From the NCBI RefSeq assembly GCF_018350175.1, contig NC_058368.1, forward strand, positions 183,956,001 to 184,020,000: 64,000 nucleotides of DNA, read 5' to 3'. Positions 50,592 to 63,581 of the stretch are shown piece after piece. The notes beneath the pieces were generated by a model. The model was given only the letters and a program-made list of their open reading frames with translations. It was not told the origin of the DNA and ran no database searches. Source of the DNA: Felis catus. Its lineage: Eukaryota. The position numbers and the translations under genes were made by a program. Numbering within the stretch: position 1 is the stretch's first letter; each line of letters starts with the position of its first letter.

Positions 50592-50718
50592 TTTGTCTTA
50601 AGCCTGACCTTACAGAACAGAAGAGCATTGGATCAGAATTTCCCCAGAGGGTCAACTTGGAAGCAGTATGTAAAATGGGTTACTTGGGCAAGAGGAGAAA
50701 AAGAAAATCAGGGGCCTA

Positions 50719-50939
50719 TTTTATTAATTTTTTTAACATTTATTTATTCTCGTGAGAGCATGAGCAGGGGAGGGGCACAGAGAGAGGGAGACAGACACAG
50801 AATCTGAAGCAGGTTCCAGGCTCCAGCTGTCAGCACACAGAGCCTGACAAAGGGCTCGAACCCACGAACGGCAAGATCATAACCTGAGCTAAAGTCACCA
50901 ACTTCAGACACTTAACAGACTGGACCACCCAGGCACCTC
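50719..50939 (-). mobile_element. Can-SINE
   Basis: Reverse SINE body acagaatctgaagcaggttccaggct..ccacccaggcacc. Confidence 0.92.
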
Positions 50940-51159
50940 TATTCACTGACTTTTTAGGTGGTGCGTGAACAGTGCAATTCCCTTTTAACCTCCTGATCAC
51001 TTCAACTCAATGTACCCATTTGGTAGCAACTGACATCTATTTATGTGAGTTTGTATATCCAGATGTAATAGCAGACTGGCACAATCTCAGACACTTTTAA
51101 CTGTGCCTGGTAAACCACTGTTGACTCATATTTGCATTTGAACAAGAACATGAGCTTCA

Positions 51160-51161
<2 letters not shown>

Positions 51162-51197
<36 letters not shown>
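51162..51197. repeat. (TG)n microsatellite
   Basis: Direct observation. Confidence 0.98.
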
Positions 51198-51200
<3 letters not shown>

Positions 51201-52083
51201 GTTGTTATTGTTGAGTACCATCTCAGACGTATTTCTGTTTTTCCTCTTGGCAGCCTCCTCATTCAGTTGCATACCCTAGAAATATGTAAAAGAAGCAGAA
51301 GCAGGGCTGTTTCTAGGGAAAAATGTTCTGAACACAGTACTGGAGATCTCGTGCTATGATTAGTGGAACAGGATACGTCATCAGTTAAGAATTCTGTTAT
51401 TTACCTAATTTAAACCTAATGATACGAAACATTATTGCAATGCTGAAGTTCTCTTATCCCTTTCAAGGTGCCTCAGTCCCCTGAGGAAAGAACCAAGCAG
51501 ATGGAACCTTTCAGGCTGCAAATATAGAAGAGCTGGCTGCAAGAATGCTCTCCGTCCTTGATGTGAAAATTCTGTCACTTTTAATTCTCCAGCTTGTTTA
51601 CTTTTCTACTACATAAGAACTGGGGCTTGTTGTTAGCAGCATTGATTAAGTTGTCATTGATTTTTAAGATAGGAAATAGGACTTTCATATTTCCCACATG
51701 AATTTAAAGCAAGAAAGATATTAACATCAAGATAAAACATTTACTGTAACAATGACAGAACAGCCAAGTATCATTCAAAACCTTTCAAGGCTGGCGAACA
51801 GCACGTGGCTTCCAAATGTCAATATATATGTGAGTGGTATCATTTTTACTAGTTAATCTACAAGATGCATCAACATGCTTCTAGCCCCCAAAATGGATAG
51901 CTCATTTGTTTTTATACATGTCTGTGTTCAAATTTGCATAAGTCTTTATTTTCTGGCAGTCAATAGTCAATAGAAGTCAGTCTTATTATTAATCAGTCTT
52001 ATAATCGGTCTTATTATTATCCGGGTCTCCTGCTAAACCTTTCAACATGGTGTGAGTTAAACCTCACACAAACTTTTAAGTTA

Positions 52084-52299
52084 TAGTGTCTCAAACTCGG
52101 CACTATCAACAATTTGGCCGGATAATTACTTGGGGGAAAAGGTGGGGCTGTCCTGTGCATTGTAGGGTGTTGAGCAGAGTCCCTAGCTTCTACCCATTAG
52201 ATGCCAGTAGCAACCCTCTCCCTGCCAAGTTGTGACAATCAAAAATGTCACTGCAAATGCCCCCTAGGGTCAGAAATGTCCTCTGGCTGACAACCATTG
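52084..52299. mobile_element. MER20 hAT MITE
   Basis: ctcggcactat..ggggctgtcctgtgcattgtagggtgtt..ctacccattagatgccagtagca..gttgtgacaatcaaaaatgtc. Confidence 0.9.
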
Positions 52300-52828
52300 T
52301 GTTAAGGTAAATATTATTACTCTGTCCTGTAACAGAACTTACCCAGGGACACGAGGTCAGCAAGATGAACATCTGGCAGGGACAGAGACATGTTTGGATT
52401 GAAAGCCCAGGATCTTTGCACTAAATGGTATTGTCTTTAGTTGATTTTAAAGATACATGAGCAAGATTATATCTAGGTTGCTATGAGGCTTTTACTAGTT
52501 TTTACTCTATGTATATATGAATTGAGCATCTAGTATTCACAAAGTACTATGCCAGGGTGAAAGGTGATAACAAATTTTACTTACCCACAACCAGTGGAGG
52601 CCATAAATCTTGTCTTTCGTAAACAGCTATTTACAATAGAGATTAGAAATTACATGTATTCAAATGTGCGTAGAGGTTGAATTATGCATTAATAATTCTT
52701 AAAGGTTACTTTTTAAGCATTCTAGCTCCATTAAAGTTTGGTCATCATTGCAGAAATGTGTTATACAAATGTTAAATTACTACCTGTGGTGGGATTATAT
52801 AGTGAGACATAGATATATCTAGCTAGCA

Positions 52829-53033
52829 CAGGGGTTGGCAAACCTGACTCACCATCTGTTTTTGTAAATAAAGTTTTATTAGCACACAGCCAGGCTCATT
52901 TGTGTTCTTGCTGTCTGTGGCTATTTTCATGATACAATAATAAAATTGAGTAGCTGTGACAGAAGCAGTACAGTTTTCTAAACCAAAAATAGTTACTATT
53001 TGGCCTTTTACAGAGAAGATGTGTCAGCCCCTG
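52829..53033 (+). mobile_element. MER58A hAT MITE
   Basis: caggggttggcaaac..tgtttttgtaaataaagttttatt..ttactatttggccttttacaga..cccctg; TIRs. Confidence 0.9.
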
Positions 53034-53224
53034 ACATAGTATCTCAAGGTGGTTTGATTTTTATAGAAACGTAAAGAAGGTATTCTGCTTGTCTGTGTTT
53101 GGGCTTTGTATGTTACATTTTTAAATGTATATTGCATATTCAACTGGAATACATGATTGTTTTCACATCTGTGAAGCATAAGAAATAACATTTAGTCTTT
53201 CCCCCTCTTAAAACACTTTCATAG

Positions 53225-53465
53225 CAATAATTGATTAAAACTTACTAAAGGCTCTTTCTGTGCCAGCCAATTTGCCGGGATTTTTACACACATTGAACTG
53301 ATTAATTCTCACAATACTCTGAGGTAGTCAGTCATATTTTCACTTTTTATGAGGTTACTGAGGCTGAGGCAAGGTAACCTTCTTAAGGTTATGAAGAACC
53401 GGAATTCTAACAGGTCTGATTGCAAAGCTCAATTTTTTGACCCAACCACTATGCTATACTCTGTG
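53225..53465 (-). mobile_element. MIR
   Basis: tgtgccag..ttaattctcacaatactctgaggtag..actgaggct. Confidence 0.7.
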
Positions 53466-53614
53466 CACAGAGTAAAATGTTAATCAAGAAATTTACTCGA
53501 TTTTACATATGTTTTAAACATCTATGCGATTTTTTCAGAATTTATACAAATTTTCTTAATCTTCTTAGAAAGTAAGAAGAGCCTATGCCTGTCCAAATTA
53601 AAAGAGAGAGAGAC

Positions 53615-53940
53615 CATTCATTTACTCATTTTGCAAGTACGTATTGAGTCCCTATCCTCCACTATACACTGTGCTGGATCCTAAGGATACACAGCCATAA
53701 AAGACATGATCCCTGACCTTACCAAGCTTTTTCCTATTGGAGAGATAAAGAGAAAGGAGAAAAATATGGCAACACATACTGATAAATGGGGATTACACAG
53801 GCTTATGCCAGGTACTAAGGGAAGATGGAAGAATCCCAAAGGCATCTGAGGCTGAAGTTTGATGAATGAGCAGCGATTGACTTGGATGGCAATTTGGACC
53901 CTGGAAATGATGTACTTAGAGCTTTCAGTACACAGAAGTG
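53615..53940 (-). mobile_element. L2 3' end
   Basis: cattcatttactcatt..gtattgagt..cactgtgctgg..gatacacagc..aagacatgatccctgacct. Confidence 0.7.
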
Positions 53941-53994
53941 TTTTTGCCCAATTTCTGACTCCATAAGCTTGTGTTTTAGATAGGGAATACAAGC

Positions 53995-54222
53995 GGGGCA
54001 CCTGGGTGGCTCAGTCAGTTGAGCATCCGACTTCAGCTCAGGTCATGATCTCGCGGTCTGTCAGTTCAAGCCCCGTGTCAGGCTCTGTGCGGACATCTCA
54101 GAGCCTGGAGCCTGCTTGGGATTCTGCGTCTCCCTCTCTCTCTGCCCCTCTCCTTCCCCCACTCATGCTCTGTCTCTCTCTCTCTCTCTCTCTCTGTCAA
54201 AAATAAATAAACATTAAAAAAA
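53995..54222 (+). mobile_element. Can-SINE
   Basis: TSD ttagat(a/g)gggaatacaag 53976-53993 / 54223-54240. Confidence 0.97.
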
Positions 54223-55819
54223 TTAGATGGGGAATACAAGATAGATCATGTCAAGCACTCACTAACAACAGAGGACATTATGTAAGGAAGTGCTAAATTG
54301 CGTGGAACAGTAGAACAGTACAACAGACATTGCGTGTAGCAGGGAATGGACAGAATCTAGGGTTGTCATCGAGAAGATGAGATGGAAGGTAAATGTTGAA
54401 GGATAAACAGAGCGTGGCCAAACAGATAAGAAGGTTAGGGTAGGCTGAGCATCTTCAGTAGCTAACCACAGCAGGTACAGTGTCCATGAGTTCTTGGCTC
54501 CTAAACTGGCCTCAACAAAAACAGGGTGAAAAGAGTGAGGAGCAGAAGTCCTACTGTGAGCTTGGGACAAACATTTAGTTCATTTTCAGAACTAGGTGGA
54601 AGGAATAAGAATATAGTTCTATATATTTATATTTAACCAATAATATTTATATTTAATGAATAATAAGTGGTTTGTGAAGAGTATGACATAATAATTCATT
54701 GCATGAGACAAATTAAAAATACCAATCACTATTGAATCCACTACCAAAATAACTGAGAACTTTCACAGAACATATTTCAATCAAAATGAAAAAGCTTCAG
54801 TGCTTTAAAAATGAATTTATATCTCAAAATAAATCACTCTGGCTTATTATTCAGTATAGGTAAGTACCTAAAACTCTTTATCTGACACTGTGTGAATAAA
54901 ACTATCTGATTCATCACCACCTCCCTAGTTTCCAATCAAACAGAGGAGGCAAGGTATAAATGAAATTATCACCCAAGCGACCCTCGTATTTAACAAGATA
55001 AGGATCCCAAATGAAAGAAGGGTTCATCGATGAGAGCTTATTACAAAGGAAAGTGATCTCAGTGTCACGAAATTTTTTTCTGATAAAGTGACGTTTGAAA
55101 GGGAACTGAAAAACAAATAAATGTTATGTAGGCAAAAGGGAGGTGAGGGGTGGTAAACTGGGCAAGAAGATATCCAAGCTAAAATAGTAGCATGTACAAA
55201 TGTCTGCAACAGGAAGAAAACAATATTCTAACTGTGTATGAATTTATTTGAAATGTGCAGATAGGCCTAGAGTAGTTATGAATCGTCTCAGTGTCCTACT
55301 GTCGAAGCAAAAGTTCAAGTTTTCAAAGAACACATAGTTTTCTTTATTATTCAGATGTAAAATCTGGACCTCTGGCACAAAACAATGTAATAAGGTATAA
55401 CTTATCTGGAAGTGCTAGTATATTTTAAAAAGTGTGTGTTCTCGGCCAGAAAACTTCTCTTCTGCTAGAGAACTTTTCTTTTCTTTCCACCTGAAGACAG
55501 AAGGAAAAATAACTTATAAATCTTAGGTCAGGGGTTAAAATAGAATGGGTCTAAAATTGAACATATATAGTCAGGATTCTTTGATTTAGATCAAATAACC
55601 ATTTCTTTATAGATTACTACAGTTCTTAAATTACAATCTTCTCCTTTTCCTTTATTTTTGCTTTTGTGTAAAGGTTATTTATTTTTGGATATAATTTAGA
55701 TACCAATTTCATAATTTTAGATATCAACATTTTTTTCTATTTCTCTTAAACTTATGAGGTCAACATCAGTGTTTTTGGACTTCTATCTTGAGCCTAAACG
55801 ACTATGTCTGTATATTTAG

Positions 55820-56130
55820 AAATCAGACATTTATTAAACACAAATCTTGCATGAGGCATTATGCCAGCCACTATGGGGGATACCACCACATTTGCCATCA
55901 AGTGGTGCAGAGTCTAGTAGGCAAGCCTCCATTTAAATTGTACATATAATTTAATTAAATTTAATGTATATGTTGCCTATAAAGATCAATATCATCATAT
56001 ATAAAATAAAATTAGTTGAGAATAAGTGCTTAGGACTTCAGAGAGGTGATCTGCAGTGTTCTGTGTTGAAGGCTTTGTGGACAGGGAAGTACTTAGAGTT
56101 GGATCTTGAATTGGATTAAGACACAGAGAC
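55820..56130 (-). mobile_element. L2 fragment
   Basis: acatttattaaacac..aggcattatgcc..ggggatac..gaaggctt..ttagagttggatcttgaa. Confidence 0.55.
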
Positions 56131-56263
56131 AAGAGACCTATTAAATGAACCCTCAGGATTTTAATCCTTGTCTTTTAGATCTGAGTCCATTTTTCTATTT
56201 ATGTGCTGTATTTTCTTCCTAATGGCACTTTTTAATATTGTGGTCATTTTTGATCAAATTCAT

Positions 56264-56314
56264 TTTTGTAAAAAGATGATATTTTGTAAAAAGACGATAT
56301 ATTTTGTAAAAAGA
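56264..56314. repeat. Short tandem repeat x3
   Basis: ttttgtaaaaaga at 56264, 56282 and 56302. Confidence 0.9.
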
Positions 56315-56823
56315 TATTTGTCGTGTTGTTTGTTTTTCAGGAACCTTAGTTTACACAGAAAATAATAATGAGGAATGGAACACTGAGGGATTAATAAGAG
56401 ATCAGGTAAAAGTTAAATGAACATGTATTCAGTGCTCTCTTGGCTTGGTTCTTTTCATTCCTCCTTGTCTCATTTTTATGAGTCCATCTTTTACAAGGGG
56501 CATTAAAATCTGATTCTCATAATAGATAATGATGTAGTTTGCTTGTTTTAATGTGAGGATTTTAGTGTAAAATTAATTAAAATAATAGGAAAGCACAATC
56601 CTGCTTGAACTTATGAATGATTTAGCCTTTAAAACAACCAAGATTATTTTATAGGAGACAAGAGTTAATTTTAGATATTCTTGATTATCTATATATTTGA
56701 GTAAAAGTGAATAGATCACAATTCTGTCAAACTTACCCTCTTCTTGTGAAAACAGCTACATATATGCAGTCTAGTTTCATTGAAGGAAATGGAGAGAGAA
56801 ATTGGTTTAGAAAAGCAATTTGA

Positions 56824-57048
56824 GGGGCACCTGGGTGCCTCAGTCAGTTGAGTGTCAGTTCAGGTCATGATCTCGCGGAAGGCAGTCCGTGGGTTCAAGC
56901 TCCATGTTGGGCTCCGTGCTGACAGCTCAGAGCCTGGAGCCTGCTTAGGATTCTGTGTCTCCCTCTCTTGCTGCCACTCCCCAACTCTTCCTCTGTCTCT
57001 CTCTCTCAAAATAATAAACATTAATTTTTTTTTAATAAAAATGAAAAA
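56824..57048 (+). mobile_element. Can-SINE A (internal deletion near head)
   Basis: ggggcacctgggtgcctcagtc..; flanked by agaaaagcaa(tt/ac)tgag. Confidence 0.94.
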
Positions 57049-57064
57049 AGAAAAGCAAACTGAG

Positions 57065-57634
57065 TGGTGCCTGGGTGGCTCAGTCAGTTAAGCACCACAC
57101 TTCAGCTTAGGCCGTGATCTCATGGTTTGGGCAGTGGAGCCCAGTGTCCCCTCAGGCTCTGTAATGACAGTACAGAGACTACTTGGGATTCTGTATCTCT
57201 CCCTCTCTCTCTCTGCCCCTCCCCCATTAATGCACACGTTCAAAATAAACTTTAAAAATAAACTGGAGGGTATTATGCTAAGTGAAATTAGTCAGAGAAA
57301 GACCAAAATCATATGACTTCATTCATAAAGTCATATGAGGACTTTAAGAGACAAAACAGATGAACATAAGAGAAGGGAAACAAAAATAATATAAAAACAT
57401 GGGAGGGGACAAAACAGAAGAGACTCATAAATATGGAGAACAAACTGAGGGTTGCTGGAGGGGTTGTGGGAGGGGGGATGAGCTAAATGGGAAAGGGGCA
57501 TTAAGGAATCTACTCCTGAAATCATTGTTTCACTACATGCTAACTAATTTGGATGTAAATTTCTTTAAAAATAAAAAATAAAATTATAAGAAAATAAAAA
57601 AATAAACTCTCTCTCAAAATAAACTTAAGAAAAA
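57065..57634 (+). mobile_element. Can-SINE B, tail interrupted by L1
   Basis: ggtgcctgggtggctcagtcagttaagc..; tail resumes at ~57609; TSD agaaaagcaaactgag 57049-57064 / 57635-57650. Confidence 0.9.
57265..57597 (+). mobile_element. Felid/carnivore L1 3' end
   Basis: ggagggtattatgctaagtgaaat..aaactgagggttgctgg..ggcattaagga..poly-A; TSD aaaaataaact 57254-57264 / 57598-57608. Confidence 0.92.
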
Positions 57635-58468
57635 AGAAAAGCAAACTGAGGCCTACTTACAAGCGTGCTTATTATTTGATAGGTTAAGGCTTGGGGGCAG
57701 GAGAGGGATATAGAGAGGGAGAGTCTGTGTTTCCAATTGTAAATTGGCTACAGTTTTAGGAAATTGTGAAAGGACATTAGGAAAACCATGTTTTATCATG
57801 TGCACAGGAGAAAGGATACCAATAAAACAGATAATACTTTACAAAATGATGTCTGTATACAGTGACAATGATAATCATCAGTAAAACATGATTTACTTTT
57901 AATCTAATAAAACTTGTTGAGTATATCTTAAAAAGTATGTTATTTTCTTCTTCATTTTATATTAAATATGGACCATTGGATAACAAGTCTCTTGTACTTT
58001 CACAAAGCACCTTTCTCCAGTAATTGTGAGGTTTTAACACAAGGTCAGGTAAGGAGAATGAAGCGAAAGAGAGAAGAGTAACAATGAGATCAAATTACAT
58101 AAAAATCAAATAATCAGTTGTCACACCCTCATATTGTGGTCATTATCTCTCAATTGTCCACATCAACAAAAGACAGTCCTAACAATCAAACTTCATCTCT
58201 GCTTAACACCAGGATAAGGATATCATTAGTCCTTAGATTTGCAGTATGTGGAATGCATCAAGAATGTACTTTAAACCTAATAGTGACAAAACTAGTCTTG
58301 AAAGAATGATATGTGATTAAAGGAAGTTTACTAATTTGTTACTATCTCCTAACTGTAGTTCAATTAATGTAGTTCTCATGTGTCAACGTGAAAATGACCC
58401 ATTATCTTCATACTTATCTGATGATAATTTTTAAAATATATACTAGAAATTAAACAAATGTTCACTAG

Positions 58469-58675
58469 GAGCACCTATGTGGCATAGTCAGTTGAGCGTC
58501 CAGCTTTGGCTCAGGTCATGATTTCTGGGTTTGTGGGTTTGAGCCCCACATTGGGCTTTGTGCTGACAGCTCAGAGCGTGCTTCAGATTCTGTGTGTGTG
58601 TGTGTCTCTCTCTCTTTACCCCTCGCCCGCTCATACTCACTCTCTCAAAAGTAAATGAACACTAAAAAAAATGTT
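58469..58675 (+). mobile_element. Can-SINE
   Basis: TSD taaacaaatgttcactag 58451-58468 / taaacaaatgctcgctag 58676-58693. Confidence 0.93.
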
Positions 58676-58699
58676 TAAACAAATGCTCGCTAGACACTA

Positions 58700-58915
58700 G
58701 GGACTATTTAAAAGTTGTATATTACTTCTCTCATTCTCCTGATATTCTTATGACATCTCTAATGTAGTCAGTGTGACCACAACTTTATAAATGAAAAGTG
58801 TGAGGCTTAGAGAATTTATCTTGGTCAAAGTAACCAAGCTGGAGAGTCACTGAGCCAGAATATGAACCCAAATCCCCCTGATTACAAATTAAAAATCAAC
58901 CACATGTTATACTGC
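58700..58915 (-). mobile_element. MIR
   Basis: tttataaatgaaaa..tgaggcttagaga..cttggtcaaagt..gagccagaatatgaaccca. Confidence 0.65.
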
Positions 58916-59788
58916 CAACCACAGGATGAATCATGAATACCCAATAGCTGTAGAAACTCCAGTATCTGGATTACAGAACCTTGGAGAACCACTTACTAAG
59001 CTATGCTCTCTACCCTTCATGTTATTTATCTGTAATATAGGGTTAATATTAGTACTAAAGTCTCTTAGGGCTAAGGTAATAATTCAGTAATACAGTGCAT
59101 AGAAGTAGTTTAATTTCTGTTATGCATGGCCCTGAGTTAGTGTGCATTAAAAAATAGCTTTCATTATTATTCTTAGATTCATATATCTGCATGTATAAAA
59201 TTGAACATCTTAGATGTATGTAGCATGGTAGAGCTTTCAAAGTGTTTTCATGCATAATATATCCATACCTATGTTACTTAACATTTCATGTTTTATTTAA
59301 TTATGATAGGCTTCCCACAGGTAATTTTATGCTTTAGGAATGACATAGAGATTTCAGGTGCTGCAACTCAGCTTTGCTGTTGGGAAAAAAAAATGCAGAC
59401 TACTCTCCTTTTTTTGCTAGGCTGGCTAGGTCTGAGATTCAGTTCTAAGTGTTTTGCTATTTAGTTTTAGTTACTGCATTTACTCACTTGAAATGCTTGG
59501 CTTTCTCTCCACATTTCTGAAGAATCAGCAACCTCTCTGTTTTTGTTCTTCTAACAACTGAATGCATTTGGCCTCATGTCATATGCACTTCCCCCACCCT
59601 TCAAGAATTTCTCCCTACCAGAATAAATGCGTACCTCTCCCACTTTACCTTCTTTCTTACCTCATTTGAGGAAGAAATCTCTACAAAAACAGGAAACATC
59701 TGATGTTGTGTTTCTTGGAGTTAGGATAGTGTTCTGTGAGTATTCTCTCAATGTTAGGAATATTGCTTTGCCCATAGTTAAGTTCTCA

Positions 59789-59795
<7 letters not shown>

Positions 59796-59842
<47 letters not shown>
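59796..59842. repeat. (TG)~23 microsatellite
   Basis: Direct observation. Confidence 0.98.
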
Positions 59843-59844
<2 letters not shown>

Positions 59845-59959
59845 TTTTTTCCAAAATTGTTGAACAGAATCTCAGAATCTATAAGCATTGGACAAACTGT
59901 ACAAAATCATGTCCATGTTCAAGTGACTGGCAATTTTGTTGGTTAAAATTTTATTTTAA

Positions 59960-60530
59960 ACAGCTTTTATTTTGGCTTAAGCCTCTGAGTGATTTTAGGA
60001 AAGTTTTGGAAAATACAGAGAAATACAGAGTATTATAACAAATGAACACATACCCATCTCTGTATTCTTACTTTCCTTCATTCCTGAAAATCTCTCTCTC
60101 CTATTAGTGGATATGTTTCCAATTCAAGTTCTTAAATACTTATTGAAATTTATATATTTATACCTAATGCATAGTACTGGATTATGGATTTTATTATTTA
60201 CAGTGTTATAAACTATCTATTAATTTTTTTCACCCAACTTTATTTTTGAGATTGGTCATGTTAACACATATAGATCTAGTTCGCTTCAATTGTTACATAG
60301 TAATACATGACTTAAAGATATTACCTTGTGTTTATTCCCTTGTAATGGGAACAAAATGAACAATAATCAACAATGGTAAATTATATATTCTTGTACATGA
60401 TTCCTTTCCATATAGTTAAGACTATCTCTAAGATAGATACCTTTAAATGGTATTGCCAGATCATGGGGTATGTTTTCAACTATTCTAATGACACATACAC
60501 CTTTTGTTCACACCCCACATTCATAGAGTC
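59960..60530 (-). mobile_element. Old L1ME-like fragment
   Basis: tttttgagattggtcatgtt..tctagttc..ttgtacatg..gatagatacct..attgccagatcatggg. Confidence 0.55.
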
Positions 60531-60569
60531 AGAATATTCTAACAGCTGTACTACTGAAGGAAGCACATA

Positions 60570-60900
60570 AATTAACCTCTTCTTACCACCATCACTGCTG
60601 CCATCTTGGTCCAATCTTCCTCTCTTTTTTTTAGTATATGTGCTGCCGAAGCGAGCATGAATCTTCTTCTCTTGATAATATACTGCCAAGTCCTCTAACT
60701 GACCTCAGTGTATCTACCCTCCCCCTACAGGCTGTCCCCAACACACTAGCCTCTGAGGTACTTCTGAATTTAATTCAGATCCTATCACTTTTCTGCTCAG
60801 AACCCTCAAAGAGTTCCACTCAGAGTAAAAGACAAAGACTTCATAAGGACTTACTCAGAGTAAAAGAAAAAGACCTCATAAGGACTTACAAGTTGCAGAT
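60570..60900 (+). mobile_element. L2 fragment with internal 35-bp duplication
   Basis: tcctctaactgacctc..tcagatc..tcacttttctgctcagaaccctc..actcagagtaaaa. Confidence 0.75.
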
Positions 60901-62106
60901 ACAATAAAAGAGTTTTGTTTCTTTCCTTTTCTGTTTTCCATTGATCTATTTAGGTAGTCTGAGATCTTCCGTGCACATCTACCCCTATTCCTGGGAATGG
61001 TAGTCAGGATTATTTCCTCTTACTCTGAGAGTGTAGTATTCTGTGGTTCTAGTTTAAGGGGGGTTTGGTCTCCCCATGGACCCCTAGCTTCTCTCTGACT
61101 TCTCTTCCTCAGCTCAGCAGGGCAACAAAGCCTAATTTACTTAGCTAAGCCAATATCTCAGAGAGAAGGCAGTTAAATGCTCCTGTGATTTGTTCACTGT
61201 TCTGAGTTCCATTCTCCCTAAGAGTACAGTCAGTTTTTCCCACCAATCCTGTCATAGCTCAGACCCCCGAAGTGTTGTTTTGTTTTAATTCAGTAGTATT
61301 TGTGCCCTTGACGATTAACTCATATAAATTTCTTCATTGTTAAATTAATACAACATACTCACAATATTTTTAGACATCCATAAACTCTTTGTTTCTCCAG
61401 AAAAGCAAGGGCTCCCTTTAGCTTCCTTTTATGAGAAAGAGTGAGCCTATTTTGAACATAATTATCGAATGAGATGTCCTGCTTACTAAATTATTATCCT
61501 TTTAATTGTGATTTTAGTGGTTTCTAGTCCCTCCCAAGGTAGTCAAAACTGAAAATGATATGGAGTTACTAGATTATTTTTACACAGAAATAAATGAAAA
61601 CTGGAAAATCTTTCTACTATTTGGACGGCGTAAATAGGCCAGAGCACTCATGGTGTACCTGCTTGAATTTCTGACAGCTTTAGAAATACAGTTTATTTAG
61701 GACAGAGCAGCAAAATGACCAATGTATGGTAGCCACATAAAGCTAACTTAATAAAATGAATGGTGAGAAATGAATTATCCACTTTAGATTTCTGGTTTAA
61801 TTTTAAAGCTATAAACACAAAAATGTAAAAACTTCCTTAATTCTTCACTCTAAAAAAAACAATACACAAAATAAGTTTACAGTTTCTTTCCTCACCCTTC
61901 CAATCCTATTACTTAGAAGAAACACTTAGAAATTAGTACTATGTCTGGATCCCTCCATGTATGTTTACACCTACTTTTTACAAAACTGAGCTCATATTAC
62001 ATATCTATCCCGCATATTACTTTTTTTTCATCTTAAGTAGTTATCACTGCAAATGCAAATTTTAAATAATTTTAAAAATTGTGACTAGTAACACAGAGTG
62101 AGAAGT

Positions 62107-62424
62107 TAGAGCTCTCCAGTGTGGCAACCCAGAGCCACTTTTGACTTATGGGCATGTGAAATGGGGCTAGTTGAAATTGAGAAGCCTTGTAAGAATAAAA
62201 CATGCACTGGATTGCAAAGACTTAGCATGAGAAAAGGAATATAAAATAATCTTATCAATGTTATACTGATTATATGTTGAAATTGAAACATCCCAGTACA
62301 TTAGACAAATGAAATATATTATTAAAATTAATTTCCTCTGTTTCATTTTATTTTAGCAATGTGGCTACTAGATAATTGGAAAGTATATTTGCAGCCCACA
62401 GTGTATTTCAACTGAATGGTGCTT
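62107..62424. mobile_element. MER33 hAT element
   Basis: ctagttgaaattgaga..cactggatt..aaagacttag..tgattatatgttgaaat..ttaaaattaatttc..aatgtggctactag. Confidence 0.85.
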
Positions 62425-62774
62425 GTGTCGGTTTTGGTTGGTTTTATTTCTTTGTATTAATACACTTCTCTCTGAGAAATAAAAATGCAAAGTGAACAAA
62501 GAAGTGACTCACTGAACAAACTTACTGACCTAGATGCAGCAAAGAACTTTTCCAAGTGCCCAGGGAACCCACTGTAGATTCCAGAATCAGAAAAGTAGAA
62601 GCCTACACAGCTAATGGAATAAATTCCCATACTCCTTCACTTTCTTCCTTATGTGATCCCTACATGATTCTGAGGAACCAGGTAGTGGAACAGATATACA
62701 AAGGCTATGCAGTTGGGAATTTCTGTACTTTACTTTTATGCAAAAAAGATGAATAACAAATAAGAAAACATCAG

Positions 62775-63108
62775 TGCTATGGTCTAAATGTCTGTGTCCC
62801 CATCAAATTCCTATATGTTGAAATCATAACCCACAAAGATGATAGTATTAGGAGGGGAGACCTTATTAATTATGTCCTTATAGAAGAGACCCAGAGATAC
62901 CTTGCCCCTTTCATCATATGAGGACACAGCAAGAGGTCAAAGGCTATAAACAGAAAGATGGTACTTACCAGACTATGATCGTGCTGGTGCCTTCACCTTG
63001 GACTTCCTGGCCTTCCTGGCCTCCAGAACTGTGAGAAATAAATTTCTGTTGTTTATAAGCTACCCAGTCTGTAGTATTTTGTTACACTAGCCCAAATAGA
63101 CTAAGCTA
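62775..63108 (+). mobile_element. MaLR solo LTR, MLT1A0-like
   Basis: tgctatggtctaaatgtctgtgtcccc..cctccagaactgtgagaaataaatttctgttgtttataagctacccagtct; perfect 5-bp TSD atcag 62770-62774 / 63109-63113. Confidence 0.92.
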
Positions 63109-63581
63109 ATCAGGATTCATGAAAACCAAAATCTGCTTTTGGGTGATGCATAAATTGAATACAGTTTTCTAACTGTATGAATTCTAAGCTGGAGTTCCTT
63201 CCGAATCAAAGAAAGATCCCAAATAATTATGATTCCATTATAATTATGAAATAGCTTACTCTAAATATTGAAAATTAATAATCCAAGAATTGATATACAA
63301 AATTTCCTCAGCAAAGAGAATATTCAGTTAAGTAGTTTACCTTGTTTTCAAACATGCTGAATAATAGATATGTTTGTATAAGTTAGAATATTTTAAAATT
63401 TTGGTTTGGGTCACAGCACTGTGGTTTAAGGAGCACTAACAAATATGATAATCAAGGTATTTGAAGCCTTAGCTCTAACTGGTTACATGGCCTTTTACAA
63501 GTTAATTACTTTCTGGATCTCTCTACACCTCAGCTGTAAAAGTCACGTTTACAGCAGGGCAGCTAAAATGATGCAGTGTTG

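Noticed and set aside
48281..60887. Short direct repeats as a possible CRISPR-like array
   Set aside because: Only 2-3 copies each, no unique spacers, eukaryotic context and no cas genes.
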